Made by a program: the position numbers and the translations under genes. Shown in pieces: positions 17,059-26,804 of a stretch of 31,196 nucleotides of DNA (within the stretch, counting starts at the first letter, position 1; the number at the start of each line of letters is the position of its first letter). The notes below the pieces were generated by a model. It was given only the letters and a program-made list of their open reading frames with translations. It did not search any database and was not told where the DNA came from. Source of the stretch: an uncultured delta proteobacterium (GTDB taxonomy: Bacteria; Desulfobacterota; RBG-13-43-22); assembly GCA_963743305.1 (NCBI GenBank), contig CAVUPH010000041.1, forward strand, positions 1-31,196, in the 5' to 3' direction.

Positions 17059-17106
17059 TTTTGTATTACTTTACAAAACTATAGATCATTAATAAATGTA
17101 AGTCAA
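17059..17106 (-). promoter_or_regulatory. sigma70 promoter and autoregulatory operator of vapBC
   Basis: TTGACT-17 nt-TATAGT (17106-17078). Inverted repeat TTTTGTA-N6-TACAAAA (17059-17078) covers the expected start site. Confidence 0.75.
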
Positions 17107-17168
17107 AGACAATAATTAATCGCCTGAACCTCGTTATTTCCTTATCAAGCAGAACCAATGGAACATTC

Positions 17169-17197
17169 TTGACAAGCAAAAATTATTAGCCTACGAT
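17169..17197 (+). promoter_or_regulatory. sigma70-like promoter upstream of the NYN gene
   Basis: TTGACA-17 nt-TACGAT. Confidence 0.6.
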
Positions 17198-17226
17198 TTA
17201 ATCCATATCCGGATACTCCCCATTCC

Positions 17227-17340
17227 ATGGTAACGCATGAAACCTGGCTTTTTGCCGGTGATCTGTTTATTGAGCTTCGGAGGATAGGGGACATCTTCCA
17301 TCCAAGGGATGCACGCCTATCAGCCCTGGCGATTGAATAG
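17227..17340 (+). pseudogene. 37-codon ORF resembling the C-terminal half of a PIN/VapC domain
   Basis: MVTHETWLFAGDLFIELRRIGDIFHPRDARLSALAIE resembles the W..AG.L...LR..G......D....ALAIE segment of VapC proteins (resemblance judged by eye). Confidence 0.4.
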
Positions 17341-17358
17341 ACGAAAGGATCAAGACCC

Positions 17359-18177
17359 ATGACTCACCAGGCGGAAACCAAAAACATGGCGCTTTTTTGC
17401 GACTTCGAGAATATCGCCTTGGGCGTTCGAGACGCCAACTACGCCCAGTTCAGCATTGACCAGGTCATCGAGCGGCTCCTGCTGAAAGGGAATATCGTGG
17501 TCAAGAAGGCCTACTGCGACTGGGAGCGCTACAAAGAGTTTAAGAAAGCCATGCATGAAGCCTCCTTTGAGTTGATCGAGATCCCGCACGTGCGCCAGTC
17601 GGGCAAGAACTCCGCCGATATTCGCATGGTGGTGGACGCCCTCGACCTCTGTTACACGAAAGGGCACGTGGATACCTTCGTCATCATCAGCGGCGATTCG
17701 GATTTTTCCCCCCTGGTCAGCAAACTGCGGGAGAACAATAAAGTCGTCATTGGGGTGGGGGTGAAAAATTCGACTTCGGATCTGTTGATCGCCAATTGCG
17801 ATGATTTTATCTTCTACGATGATCTGGTGCGTCCTCAGGCGCCCCGCCCGAAAACAGTTGGGAGCGCGACCGGTCGCAAGCCGCCCCGCGGCCCGGCGGT
17901 GAAGGCCGTCAAACCCGCCGGGGACAAGAAGCGAGAGGCCTGGGACCTGGTGGTCAAGACCTACGAAGCCTTGGTCGAGGAAAGAGGGGAGGGGGAGAAG
18001 ATCTGGGGATCCATGATCAAACAGACCTTGAAGCGCCGCAAACCCGGGTTCAGTGAATCCTATTACGGTTTCAGGTCATTCGGTCAACTCTTGGAAGAGG
18101 CGGAAACACAGGGGATCCTACAACTGGAGCGGGACGAGAAATCCGGCGGCTTTATCATCCTCAGTTGTCACGCTTAG
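17359..18177 (+). CDS. NYN (LabA/DUF88, PIN-like) domain protein with a C-terminal OST-HTH/LOTUS-like domain
   Basis: DFEN, KNSADIRMVVDA, ISGDSDFSPL and ANCDDFIFYD motifs; C-terminal PGFSESYYGFRSFGQLL. Confidence 0.92.
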   Translation: MTHQAETKNMALFCDFENIALGVRDANYAQFSIDQVIERLLLKGNIVVKKAYCDWERYKEFKKAMHEASFELIEIPHVRQSGKNSADIRMVVDALDLCYTKGHVDTFVIISGDSDFSPLVSKLRENNKVVIGVGVKNSTSDLLIANCDDFIFYDDLVRPQAPRPKTVGSATGRKPPRGPAVKAVKPAGDKKREAWDLVVKTYEALVEERGEGEKIWGSMIKQTLKRRKPGFSESYYGFRSFGQLLEEAETQGILQLERDEKSGGFIILSCHA

Positions 18178-18575
18178 AATCTGTTTTTCAGCCTTCCCAG
18201 GGCTTCGAACAATTTCGAGTCGGCGATGAATCGATTCGGGAGTAACTCCACTTCCCTGGAAAATTTATCACTCGCGGACAGGTAATCATCCTGTAACTTC
18301 TTAATGACCGGATTTTTTTCGGCTTCAGGATATTTCTTGAGCAGGGCCGCTTCCGGCCCTATGGCTCCTTTAAGCACCTTAAAACCCTTTTCCATAGCCG
18401 CGATGGCCTCATCGATTTTTTTTGCGGCCGCCATCTGGTTGGCGGCCTCATTGACGGCCATGATCTTTTCGCTGTAAAATTTTTCCACTTCAACCCGGCC
18501 GGGATCCGATTCACAGGCAAAAAGCCAAAGGGCGGCCGCAATCAGGACCAGCAGCCTGACGATGGAATTTCTCAT
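18174..18575 (-). CDS. Putative helical lipoprotein
   Basis: Basic N-terminus, hydrophobic core and LFAC lipobox (Cys21); GGAG RBS. Confidence 0.75.
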   Translation of the reverse strand: MRNSIVRLLVLIAAALWLFACESDPGRVEVEKFYSEKIMAVNEAANQMAAAKKIDEAIAAMEKGFKVLKGAIGPEAALLKKYPEAEKNPVIKKLQDDYLSASDKFSREVELLPNRFIADSKLFEALGRLKNRF

Positions 18576-18597
18576 CTGAATTTTCTCCGTATATATT

Positions 18598-20106
18598 TCA
18601 ATTGACGACCGTGCCCGGTTGGGTGATCAGGGTCAGGCCGATGATCGCTTGCTTGCAAAAGTGCTTGAAATCGTTGTAGCTTTCATCGTCCAGGGCCCTG
18701 CCGCTTGTTCGGCGGTCGGCATAGATCAGCGCGATGGATTTGTCATGAGCCACTATGGGCATAATAAAGAAGGGGGTTGTACCGATCAGCGAAACCACGT
18801 CTTCAGTAATGAGGTGATAGACATCGGTCACGGAATGTTCGTCGATCCACAGGGGTTCTTTCTTCTCCATGACTTCGCTGAAAATATTGTTGGTCAAGGG
18901 GAGGGGTTTAAGGGAGGCGTTCAGCGTCGTTTCCTCCCCGTGCCAGCCAAGTTGAAATTTGATCTCCAGCCGGCTTCTATCCGGGGTCCGCAGCGCGAAA
19001 AAGACCCGATCCATGCTGACTGCCCGGAAAATTCCCTCCAACACCAGGGTAATGAAGACCCCATAATCAGGCTTCTTCTCCAGCATCAGGCCGGTCAGAT
19101 CGTGAAGGATTTTTAACTGTAGATTGGGATCCGGTTGAAGCGGGGCTAGGGGTTCATCACGGGTTTCGAGGCCCGGGGTTTCGGAACGGGAGGAATCCGG
19201 AGGCACCGGGATGAGTCGGCTGGCCTGAGTGGCTCCAAAACTGACTGCCGTACGCACGGCTTCGGCGGCATTTTTGTGAATTAGGGGAGCAACTGTTTCC
19301 GGAGGCAGATTCAGGGAATCGGAGGCCTGATCGATAAGCTGCCTTACCTCGGGTGAGTGCCAACCTTTTTGAACCATTCCGGCCAACTTTTGGCCCCAAA
19401 GGATGGCTTGGATCCGGGGATTGGTTGCCTGGTGAGACCCCAAGGCGTCTAAAAGCAACGGGCTCAGATGCCAATCCTTGCTCAAAGCCAAGGTGAGTTG
19501 TTCAAAGGAAAACCCCAGGAGATCTTGTTCGGCCCTCATCCGGTTATTCTGCGGCAAGAGCAGAATTTTTTCAAGTTGCCGGGTCAGTTCTTCCCCGGCA
19601 AAGCACCAGAAGGCCATTTCTCCAAGCAAGTACAAGAATGCGGCGATAAAAATTTCCTCCGGCGATTCGTCGCGATTTTTTTCGGCCAGCCAGCGAGCTT
19701 GGACGGCGGCGTGAAAAGCACAGGCCATTATCTGGGTTACCCGTTCCCGCTGGGTTCCCTGAAGAAGGCTCTCCACCACCGCCTTGGTTTGGCAGATGGC
19801 GCGGATGGTATCAAAGCCCAAGATCATTACGGCGCGGGTCACGGTATTCACATTATTGGACCCGCCGCTCAAGGGGCTTCGACGCCCGCCCATATAGAAA
19901 GCGCTATTGGCCATCTTTAATACTTTGGAGGTCAATAAGGCATCCTGAAGGATGGCGTTGGCCAGCACGGCGGGAGTACTCTGGTTCATGGAGGAGACCA
20001 CCGCTATATTTTTAGCCGTTTGGGCAAAAATCGGCATATCCCGGCTGGTCAGACGTTGCACCCAGTTGGACAGACTATTCGACGGGGGGTCTTGTGGTAA
20101 CGGCAT
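18598..20106 (-). CDS. HDOD domain protein with a C-terminal GAF-like domain
   Basis: ILQDALLTSKVLKMANSAFY, TVTRAVMILGF and WHLSPLL HDOD motifs; C-terminal MDRVFFAL...IALIYADR. Confidence 0.88.
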   Translation of the reverse strand: MPLPQDPPSNSLSNWVQRLTSRDMPIFAQTAKNIAVVSSMNQSTPAVLANAILQDALLTSKVLKMANSAFYMGGRRSPLSGGSNNVNTVTRAVMILGFDTIRAICQTKAVVESLLQGTQRERVTQIMACAFHAAVQARWLAEKNRDESPEEIFIAAFLYLLGEMAFWCFAGEELTRQLEKILLLPQNNRMRAEQDLLGFSFEQLTLALSKDWHLSPLLLDALGSHQATNPRIQAILWGQKLAGMVQKGWHSPEVRQLIDQASDSLNLPPETVAPLIHKNAAEAVRTAVSFGATQASRLIPVPPDSSRSETPGLETRDEPLAPLQPDPNLQLKILHDLTGLMLEKKPDYGVFITLVLEGIFRAVSMDRVFFALRTPDRSRLEIKFQLGWHGEETTLNASLKPLPLTNNIFSEVMEKKEPLWIDEHSVTDVYHLITEDVVSLIGTTPFFIMPIVAHDKSIALIYADRRTSGRALDDESYNDFKHFCKQAIIGLTLITQPGTVVN

Positions 20107-20172
20107 CCGGTGACCTTAAAAACGCTGATCAACAGGGGGATAGATACGTTTTCCTCTTTTCATCGCCCGCTG

Positions 20173-20319
20173 TCAATTCAGATAACTCATCTTGGCTATA
20201 AGCGAACGAATCAGGCCCAACCGGTCTTGGGGGGACAAATCAAAATAAAAGCAACTTTCCATTAAGATGGAGATGACTTCCTTGGCCTGTTCCCGGTGGA
20301 CACCCAGTAGACTTCCCAC
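20173..20319 (-). CDS. Unannotated 48-aa small protein
   Basis: Strong RBS AAGGAGAGG before GTG; translates to MGSLLGVHREQAKEVISILMESCFYFDLSPQDRLGLIRSLIAKMSYLN*. Too short for the supplied ORF track. Confidence 0.7.
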   Translation of the reverse strand: MGSLLGVHREQAKEVISILMESCFYFDLSPQDRLGLIRSLIAKMSYLN

Positions 20320-20339
20320 AACCTCTCCTTTTATTGAAC

Positions 20340-20367
20340 CTATCGGAAGAAGGCGGTGAAAGGTTTA
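20340..20367 (-). promoter_or_regulatory. sigma28 (FliA/SigD)-like promoter
   Basis: TAAA-16 nt-TCCGATAG (consensus TAAA-N15/16-GCCGATAA), immediately upstream of the RBS of the 48-aa ORF. Confidence 0.6.
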
Positions 20368-20785
20368 AGAAGTAGTTTTCGCCGGGGCGGGCGAGGGATA
20401 CTATTGATCCTCAACAATAGGATGCTTTCCACAATACAGGAAATCAGGCCTTTCCCAAAGCATTTTTTTGGGTGAGTTTCGCGTCCCTGATAGTTTACCT
20501 TTGATGAAGGTTTTTCCGAGGGAGGGCCTGAACCAATTTTTCTTCTTGACCCCCCCTTCAGAATAAAACTATAATTCGATAAAATCAAAAGACTATAAAA
20601 AATTGAACTAGTTAGTTCGTTCAAATACCCCAGTCTTCCGAGGGTGTGTACGTGAAAATTTTCCAATCCACCCCCCCTCCGTTTGTCGCGCCGGGCCGTT
20701 TTTATTGGCGATGCGCAGACCTTTTTCCATTCGTTAACCGTTTCTTTTCCCTTTGATCAAACAAACTTGGAAAGAGGAGGTTTTT

Positions 20786-23711
20786 ATGGACAAAGCCGGC
20801 GACCTGGATCGGCTTTTTGATCTAACCCTCGATCTGCTTTGCATTGCCGATACCCATGGCCGTTTTCTCCGGCTGAATAAGGCCTGGGAAGGAGCTATGG
20901 GTTATCGTCGGGAGGAGCTGGAAGGCCAAAGTTTCCTGGATTTCGTGCATCCGGCAGACCTTCCGGCTACGGTCGAGGCGACGGCCCGATTGGCCTCCGG
21001 AAAGGAGGTCATCGATTATGTCAACCGGTTTCGTTGCCGGGATGGATCCTATCGACGGCTCGAGTGGCGGTCGGCGCCTTATCAAGGCCGTCTCATTTAT
21101 GCGGTAGCCCGAGATATAACGGACCGTCGGCAGGCTGAAGAAGCCTTACAGGACAGCAGACAACGAATGAATGACGTCATCGCTTCGGCCCCGTTTGGCG
21201 CGCATATGTACCGGCTGGAGGCTGACGGCTCTCTAATTTTCATGGGGGCCAATCGGGCGGCCGACGAGTTTTTGCATCTGGATCACAGGCAATTTGTGGG
21301 TAAGCCCATCGAAACCGCTTTCCCCGGCTTGGTGGGGACCGAAATACCTGATATCTACCGGGCGGATACAATCTTGCGCGCCAGTGAAAATAGGTATCGG
21401 AGTTTTATCGAAAACGCTCCCATCGGGATGTACACGATCAATACCCTAGGGGAGTTTACTTATGCCAATAAGAAACTGTTGTCTTTTACCGGACATTGTT
21501 TGGAAGATTGGATGCATAGATCCTTCCATTCCCTGGTCTATCCAGAAGATCTCCCCCTGGTCCTGGACAAAGTTCAGAAAAGGATCTCCGGACAGGGCAC
21601 GACCGATCCCTTTGAAGTCAGATTTTTCCACGCCTCCGGCCGGGTGCTTTGGGGGAAAATATGGTCGGAATCCGTTTACGAGACCGATGCCGCAGGGCAT
21701 CATACCTTAGTGGGCATACAGTCTTTTGTCGAGGACATTACGGATCGCAAAGCGGTCGAACAAGCCCTTCAGCAGAGCGAAGATAAATTCAGGCTGGCGT
21801 TTGAGTCCAGTCCGGACGCTATCAACATCAACCGCTTGGACGACGGTCTCTATGTAGACATCAATCAAGGATTTAGCACCCTGACCGGTTTCACCCGTGA
21901 AGATGTGATCGGCCGGACCTCTCTGGAAATAAACATCTGGCATAATTCCGCCGACCGCGAACGGCTGGTGCAGTGCCTGCGGAGGCGGGGGTATTGCGAA
22001 AACCTGGAGGCGCCCTTCCGCAGAAAGGACGGCAGCCTGACCACGGCCCTCATGTCGGCCCGGATGCTTATGCTCGGAGGGGTCCCCCACATCCTATCCG
22101 TCACCCGGGATATCTCGGAGCGCAAGCGGGTGGAGCTGGCGCTTCGGGAAAGTGAGGAGAAATACCGAAACATCCTGGAAAGCATTGAGGAAGGATACTT
22201 TGAGGTGGACCTGGCCGGAAATCTAACCTTTTTCAATGATGCCGTCTGTAAGCTGCTCGGTTATTCCCGTGATGAGTTGCCGGGCATGAACAACCGTCAA
22301 TATACCGACGAAAAGAATTCCAAAGAATTGTACCGGATTTACAGCGAGGTCTATAGGACCGGGAAACCGGTCAAAGGCTTCGAATGGTCGGTCTTCCGAA
22401 AAGATGGAACAGAGGGATTTGGAGAGACCTCCGTATCGCTCATCAAGGACGCCGATGGGCGACCAGTGGGTTTTCGGGGAATAATCAGAGACGTGACCAA
22501 TCGCAAGTTGGCGGAAGAGGACAAACAAAAACTCCTGCTCCAGCTTCAGCAGGCCCAAAAGATGGAGGCCATCGGCACTCTGGCCGGTGGAATTGCGCAT
22601 GATTTTAATAATATTCTCACCGTCATTGTTGGCTGCACGGAACTGGCGCTTTTGGATGTTCGAGACCAAGGTCCCCTACATCAACATCTGACCCAGGTTC
22701 GACAGGCGGGCACCCGGGCAACAGAATTGGTGCAACAGATCCTGGCCTTCAGCCGCCAGGCTAGACAGGAACGAAGACCTATCCAGCCGGGAATTATTGT
22801 CAAAGAAGCCTTAAAGATGCTGAGGGCTTCTTTACCCAGTACCATCGAGATACAACAGTTTATCCAGAAAGACCAGGGGCTGGTGATGGCCGATCCCACC
22901 CAAATCCATCAGATTATGATGAACCTTTGCACCAACGCGGCCCAGGCCATGCGTGCGGTAGGAGGTATTTTAAAGGTCAGCCTGACGAATAGTGAGGTCG
23001 TAACCGAAAAGGGTCAACAAGGCCAAGAACTGAGCGCCGGAAGGTATTTCCTGTTGACGGTGAGCGACACCGGTCATGGCATGACGCCGGAAGTCAGGGA
23101 GCGGATCTTTGACCCTTATTTTACGACCAAGGCGGTGGGGGAGGGGACCGGTATGGGGTTGGCTGTAGTCTATGGGATAGTCAAAAGCCATAAGGGGGCT
23201 GTAACGGTCCGCAGTGACCCGGGAAAGGGAAGCATTTTTGAGGTGTTCCTGCCTCAAATGGACTCCGCTGAAGAGGACTCTAAAAAGGAAGAACCGGGAA
23301 CTGGTTCCCAAAGGAAATGAAAAAATACTATTGGTGGACGATGAGGAAGCCCTGGTGTATACCGTCCGGCGCCAGTTGGAGAGTCTTGGCTATCAAGTGA
23401 CGGTCAGAAACGGAAGCCGGGAGGCCCTGGAAGCCTTCCGCGCCGGACCTGACGGATTTGATGTCCTCATTACGGATATGACGATGCCCCACATGACCGG
23501 GGTGGAGCTTTCCAGAAGAATCAGGCAAATCCGGCCTGGTCTGCCCATCGTTCTCTGTACCGGATTCAACGAAATGATTGATGAAGAAAAGGCGAAAACG
23601 CTGGGTATCCATGCCTTTCTCAACAAACCGGTGGCCAGGCAGGAGATGGCCGAGATGCTCCGGAAGGTCCTGGACCGAAAGGAAGAGGATGAAGGGATTT
23701 TCAGGCTTTAG
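20786..23711 (+). CDS. Multi-PAS hybrid sensor histidine kinase; receiver domain separated by a +1 frameshift near 23282-23298
   Basis: GAGGAGG RBS before ATG 20786; PAS repeats ending in DIT/DIS/DVT; H-box AHDFNN, N-box NLCTNA, DTGHG, FDPYFTTK, GTGMGL. Receiver KILLVDDE...TDMTMP...KP lies in the next frame without a credible start of its own. Confidence 0.88.
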
Positions 23712-23717
23712 CGGGAG

Positions 23718-25142
23718 GTGAGAATAATGCCCCGTATTCTGATCATAGATGACGATGAAGGCATCTGTTACCTCCTTTCTACTATAGTGACCAGGGAAGG
23801 ACATGAGGCGCGCAGCGCCTATAACCTGAAAAAGGGTCTGGAGGAAGCGGTTTCCGGATCTTTTGACGTGGTTTTTCTGGATGTGATGATGCCCGACGGG
23901 AGTGGACTGACTATATTGCCCGAAATACTCAAAACCGTCTCTCAACCGGAGGTCATCATCATCACGGCGTTGGGGGATCCGGAGGGGGCTGAACTGGCCC
24001 TGAGGAACGGTGCGTGGGACTACCTGCAGAAGCCTTTTTATCAACAGGAAATCAAACTGTTACTTCTGCGCGCGCTCCAATATCGCGAGGCCAGGACGAA
24101 AAAGAAGCCCGTCCTTCTCCTGAACAGAGAGGGAATTATCGGAAACAGCCCTCAAATCAGAGGGTGTCTGGATCTGGTTGGTCAGGGGGCGCAAAGCGAT
24201 ACCGGGGTGCTTATCACCGGGGAGTCCGGCACCGGCAAAGAACTCTTCGCCTATGCCATTCATAAAAACAGCCCCCGGCACGAACAAAACTTCATCGTGG
24301 TGGATTGTGCGGCCTTGCCGGAGAACCTGGTGGAGAGCGTACTTTTCGGACATGAGAAAGGGGCTTTTACCGGGGCCGATAGGCCTCACGAGGGTCTGAT
24401 CCGGCAGGCGGACGGCGGGACCCTGTTCCTCGATGAAGTGGGAGAGTTGCGCTCCTCCATCCAGAAAACTTTTCTACGAGTGCTCCAGGAACACCGCTTT
24501 CGACCCGTTGGCGGTAAAACAGAAATCGGTAGTGATTTCAGGCTAATTGCGGCTACAAATCGTCATCTTGATCAGATGGTGCAGGCTGGGGAATTCCGCC
24601 GTGACCTCTTCCATCGGCTCCAATCCATGGTTATCAGCCTGCCCCCGTTACGGGAACGAAAAAGCGACTTTCGAGAACTGGCCATGTACTTCATGAATCG
24701 GTTCTGCGACCGACACAAGATACCGAATCGAGGTTTTTCTCCTGAATTCATCGACGTGCTGGCCGCCTATGACTGGCCGGGGAATGTGCGGGAATTGGAA
24801 AATTGCATGAATAGCGTGCTCACCACTGCCGGGGACGACCCCACCTTGTTCCCCAAACATCTGCCCATCCATATCCGGGTAAAAGTGACCCAGGATTCGG
24901 TCAAGAAGGAAGAACAGACCCTGCCGCAGCCCGAAAAAGACAAAATACCCTCCCAGGCTTTCTCGAATTATAAGGATTATAAGGAGAAAGCCTGGGCTGC
25001 GGCGGAAAAGAATTATTTGCGCGACTTGATGTCCCTGTCCCAGGGAAACGTCAAAGAAGCCTGCCGGCTCTCCGGCCTTTCTCAATCCCGATTGTATGCC
25101 CTCTTGAAAAAATACGGATTCTCCAGTACCTCTCAGAAGTAG
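23718..25142 (+). CDS. NtrC-family sigma54-dependent response regulator
   Basis: Receiver (IIDDD, LDVMMP, QKP); AAA+ motifs [27 protein letters not shown]; C-terminal Fis-type HTH. The start may be the second ATG (MPRIL). Confidence 0.95.
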   Translation: MRIMPRILIIDDDEGICYLLSTIVTREGHEARSAYNLKKGLEEAVSGSFDVVFLDVMMPDGSGLTILPEILKTVSQPEVIIITALGDPEGAELALRNGAWDYLQKPFYQQEIKLLLLRALQYREARTKKKPVLLLNREGIIGNSPQIRGCLDLVGQGAQSDTGVLITGESGTGKELFAYAIHKNSPRHEQNFIVVDCAALPENLVESVLFGHEKGAFTGADRPHEGLIRQADGGTLFLDEVGELRSSIQKTFLRVLQEHRFRPVGGKTEIGSDFRLIAATNRHLDQMVQAGEFRRDLFHRLQSMVISLPPLRERKSDFRELAMYFMNRFCDRHKIPNRGFSPEFIDVLAAYDWPGNVRELENCMNSVLTTAGDDPTLFPKHLPIHIRVKVTQDSVKKEEQTLPQPEKDKIPSQAFSNYKDYKEKAWAAAEKNYLRDLMSLSQGNVKEACRLSGLSQSRLYALLKKYGFSSTSQK

Positions 25143-26476
25143 CCTGGCGCGTACAGGATCTTCCAGGGGATGCGGCCGATCAGTTCCGGAAGGGATTTCG
25201 GTTCGATTTCCAGATGCTGCAGGGCGTGGGCTAGTTCACCCGTGCCCATGCGATCCAGGTCGTGGCCCGCATCGAATCGTGAGACAAGCAGGTTGGCTAG
25301 ATAGACGAGATAGGTGAGTACCTTGTCGTCGGCAGCCTGCGACGGTTCCGAATGGTGGGCGATGACGTTGGCCAACGCCGGCGGGAACGACCAGAGTTCA
25401 GCCAGATGTGCCCCGGCCTCTTCGTGTGAGATCCCGAACACTAGCCGCTCGACATTCCGCAGATCGGCTCCTTCGGTAATCACTTCGCGGTAGAACAGTG
25501 GAAGGGCCGCCGCGACGTACTGATCCAGCAGTACCTTGCCGATGTCATGCAGGAGCCCGGCCGTATAGGCGAGGTCGCGCGAGGCCTTCCCGGTCAAAGC
25601 GGCCAACTGTTCCGAGACGATGGCCGTGGATACCGCGTGATGGTAAAGACCACCCCGGGACATCGAGTAACCCCGCTGAAACGCGCTGAAAAACTTTTCC
25701 ATCACGGTGGAGAGGATCAACTGACCCACCAGCCGCCCGCCCAGCAGCACCAGCGCGTGATCAATCGATTTGATTTCTTCCCTTGCGCCCAGATAGGCTG
25801 AATTGCAGGTCTGGATGACCCTGGCGGTCAGTACCTGGTCGCGCCGGATCTCTTGTGCAATCTGGTACATGCTGTAGTCATCGCTCTGTAGCGTGCGGAT
25901 GATCTTGAGCGCCACCTGCGGGATGGGCCTGATGCGAGCGGTGGTCCGATCCAACTCGGCGGCGGTGAGAGGGGCCGAACGGACGCCTTCGGCGGCCGTC
26001 TGGGCCATGACCATTTCGATGTCACCCGTCAGGGTTTCGAGGTTCAGCAGCAACTTCGATCCGAAGTACCCGCCCGTTTCCGACCGAACCACCCTGATGC
26101 CGGCGTCCATCAGCAACCGGTTGACGATGTCTACCGTTCGGCCACCGATGTCCAGGCAGACATCGAGCTTGGATATGCTTCCCACCAGGGCGCCGCCCGC
26201 AATCGTCGCTTCCATGGACTCGGGCGAGCAACCGGCGGCGGACAGCGCTTCCACGAAGAGCGGAATGCCGCTCTTGGCGCACACCGCCCCGCCGAGTTTC
26301 GGGTCGGATGACATGGTTTCCGGCAGGAGAATGTGCAGCAGGCCGCCCACCCGCGCCTGCCGGTCCGCGATAGCCACACCGACACACGTTCCCAGATACG
26401 CGTCGAGGCGTAGCCGCATCGCCTTTGAGACCACAAATTCGCCAGCGGCCACGTAGGTTGATGGCAACTGCTTCAA
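25133..26476 (-). CDS. CheD-HDOD fusion protein
   Basis: N-terminal CheD motifs YLGTCVGV...GGLLHILLP, IAGGA, IGGRT, ETGG; C-terminal HDOD motifs DQVLTARVIQTCNS, AGLLHDIGK, LAELWSFP..IAHH. Confidence 0.9.
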   Translation of the reverse strand: MKQLPSTYVAAGEFVVSKAMRLRLDAYLGTCVGVAIADRQARVGGLLHILLPETMSSDPKLGGAVCAKSGIPLFVEALSAAGCSPESMEATIAGGALVGSISKLDVCLDIGGRTVDIVNRLLMDAGIRVVRSETGGYFGSKLLLNLETLTGDIEMVMAQTAAEGVRSAPLTAAELDRTTARIRPIPQVALKIIRTLQSDDYSMYQIAQEIRRDQVLTARVIQTCNSAYLGAREEIKSIDHALVLLGGRLVGQLILSTVMEKFFSAFQRGYSMSRGGLYHHAVSTAIVSEQLAALTGKASRDLAYTAGLLHDIGKVLLDQYVAAALPLFYREVITEGADLRNVERLVFGISHEEAGAHLAELWSFPPALANVIAHHSEPSQAADDKVLTYLVYLANLLVSRFDAGHDLDRMGTGELAHALQHLEIEPKSLPELIGRIPWKILYAPGYF

Positions 26477-26505
26477 TTAATTACAATTTCCTTTCTTTGG
26501 CGAGT

Positions 26506-26534
26506 AGTATAGGGAAGGCAAAAGAAACAGTCAA
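26506..26534 (-). promoter_or_regulatory. sigma70-like promoter of cheD-HDOD
   Basis: TTGACT-17 nt-TATACT. Confidence 0.65.
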
Positions 26535-26547
26535 GAAGGAAAATTGA

Positions 26548-26602
26548 CACGGGATTGTTTCCCGTGGAGCAGGAATAATTCTTTTTCTTCAGTAATTATT
26601 CC
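26548..26602. promoter_or_regulatory. Two dyad sites, candidate enhancer (UAS) elements
   Basis: CACGGGA-N5-TCCCGTG (26548-26566) and GGAATAATT-N13-AATTATTCC (26572-26602), 110-165 nt upstream of a sigma54-like promoter. Confidence 0.45.
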
Positions 26603-26712
26603 CAACCTGCAAGAATAAACAAGAGGTCCTCATGCAACGTCTCTTTCCCCTTTTTCTTTCTAACACATCAAAATTATTTAGATTTAGTTAAATATGCTCT
26701 GTCGGGCCACTG

Positions 26713-26728
26713 CCGGCATGGTTCTTGA
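26713..26728 (+). promoter_or_regulatory. sigma54-like -24/-12 promoter
   Basis: CCGGCATGGTTCTTGA: GG-N10-GA with the GGCA...TTG pattern (consensus TGGCAC-N5-TTGC; -12 is GA rather than GC), preceded by an AT-rich tract. Confidence 0.55.
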
Positions 26729-26804
26729 GTAGTCAATAGCGGAATGTGAACGACGACGGCAATCTATCATGGAAGGGGCACAGAATAAGTGAATTTATTT
26801 CATC

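Noticed and set aside
20340-20666. 108-aa minus-strand ORF in the divergent promoter region
   Set aside because: TTG start without an RBS, no recognisable motif, and it runs through the sigma28-like promoter of the 48-aa gene.
23281-23287. Programmed -1 frameshift at T-AAA-AAG joining kinase and receiver
   Set aside because: The receiver is in the +1 frame, so a -1 slip would not reach it.
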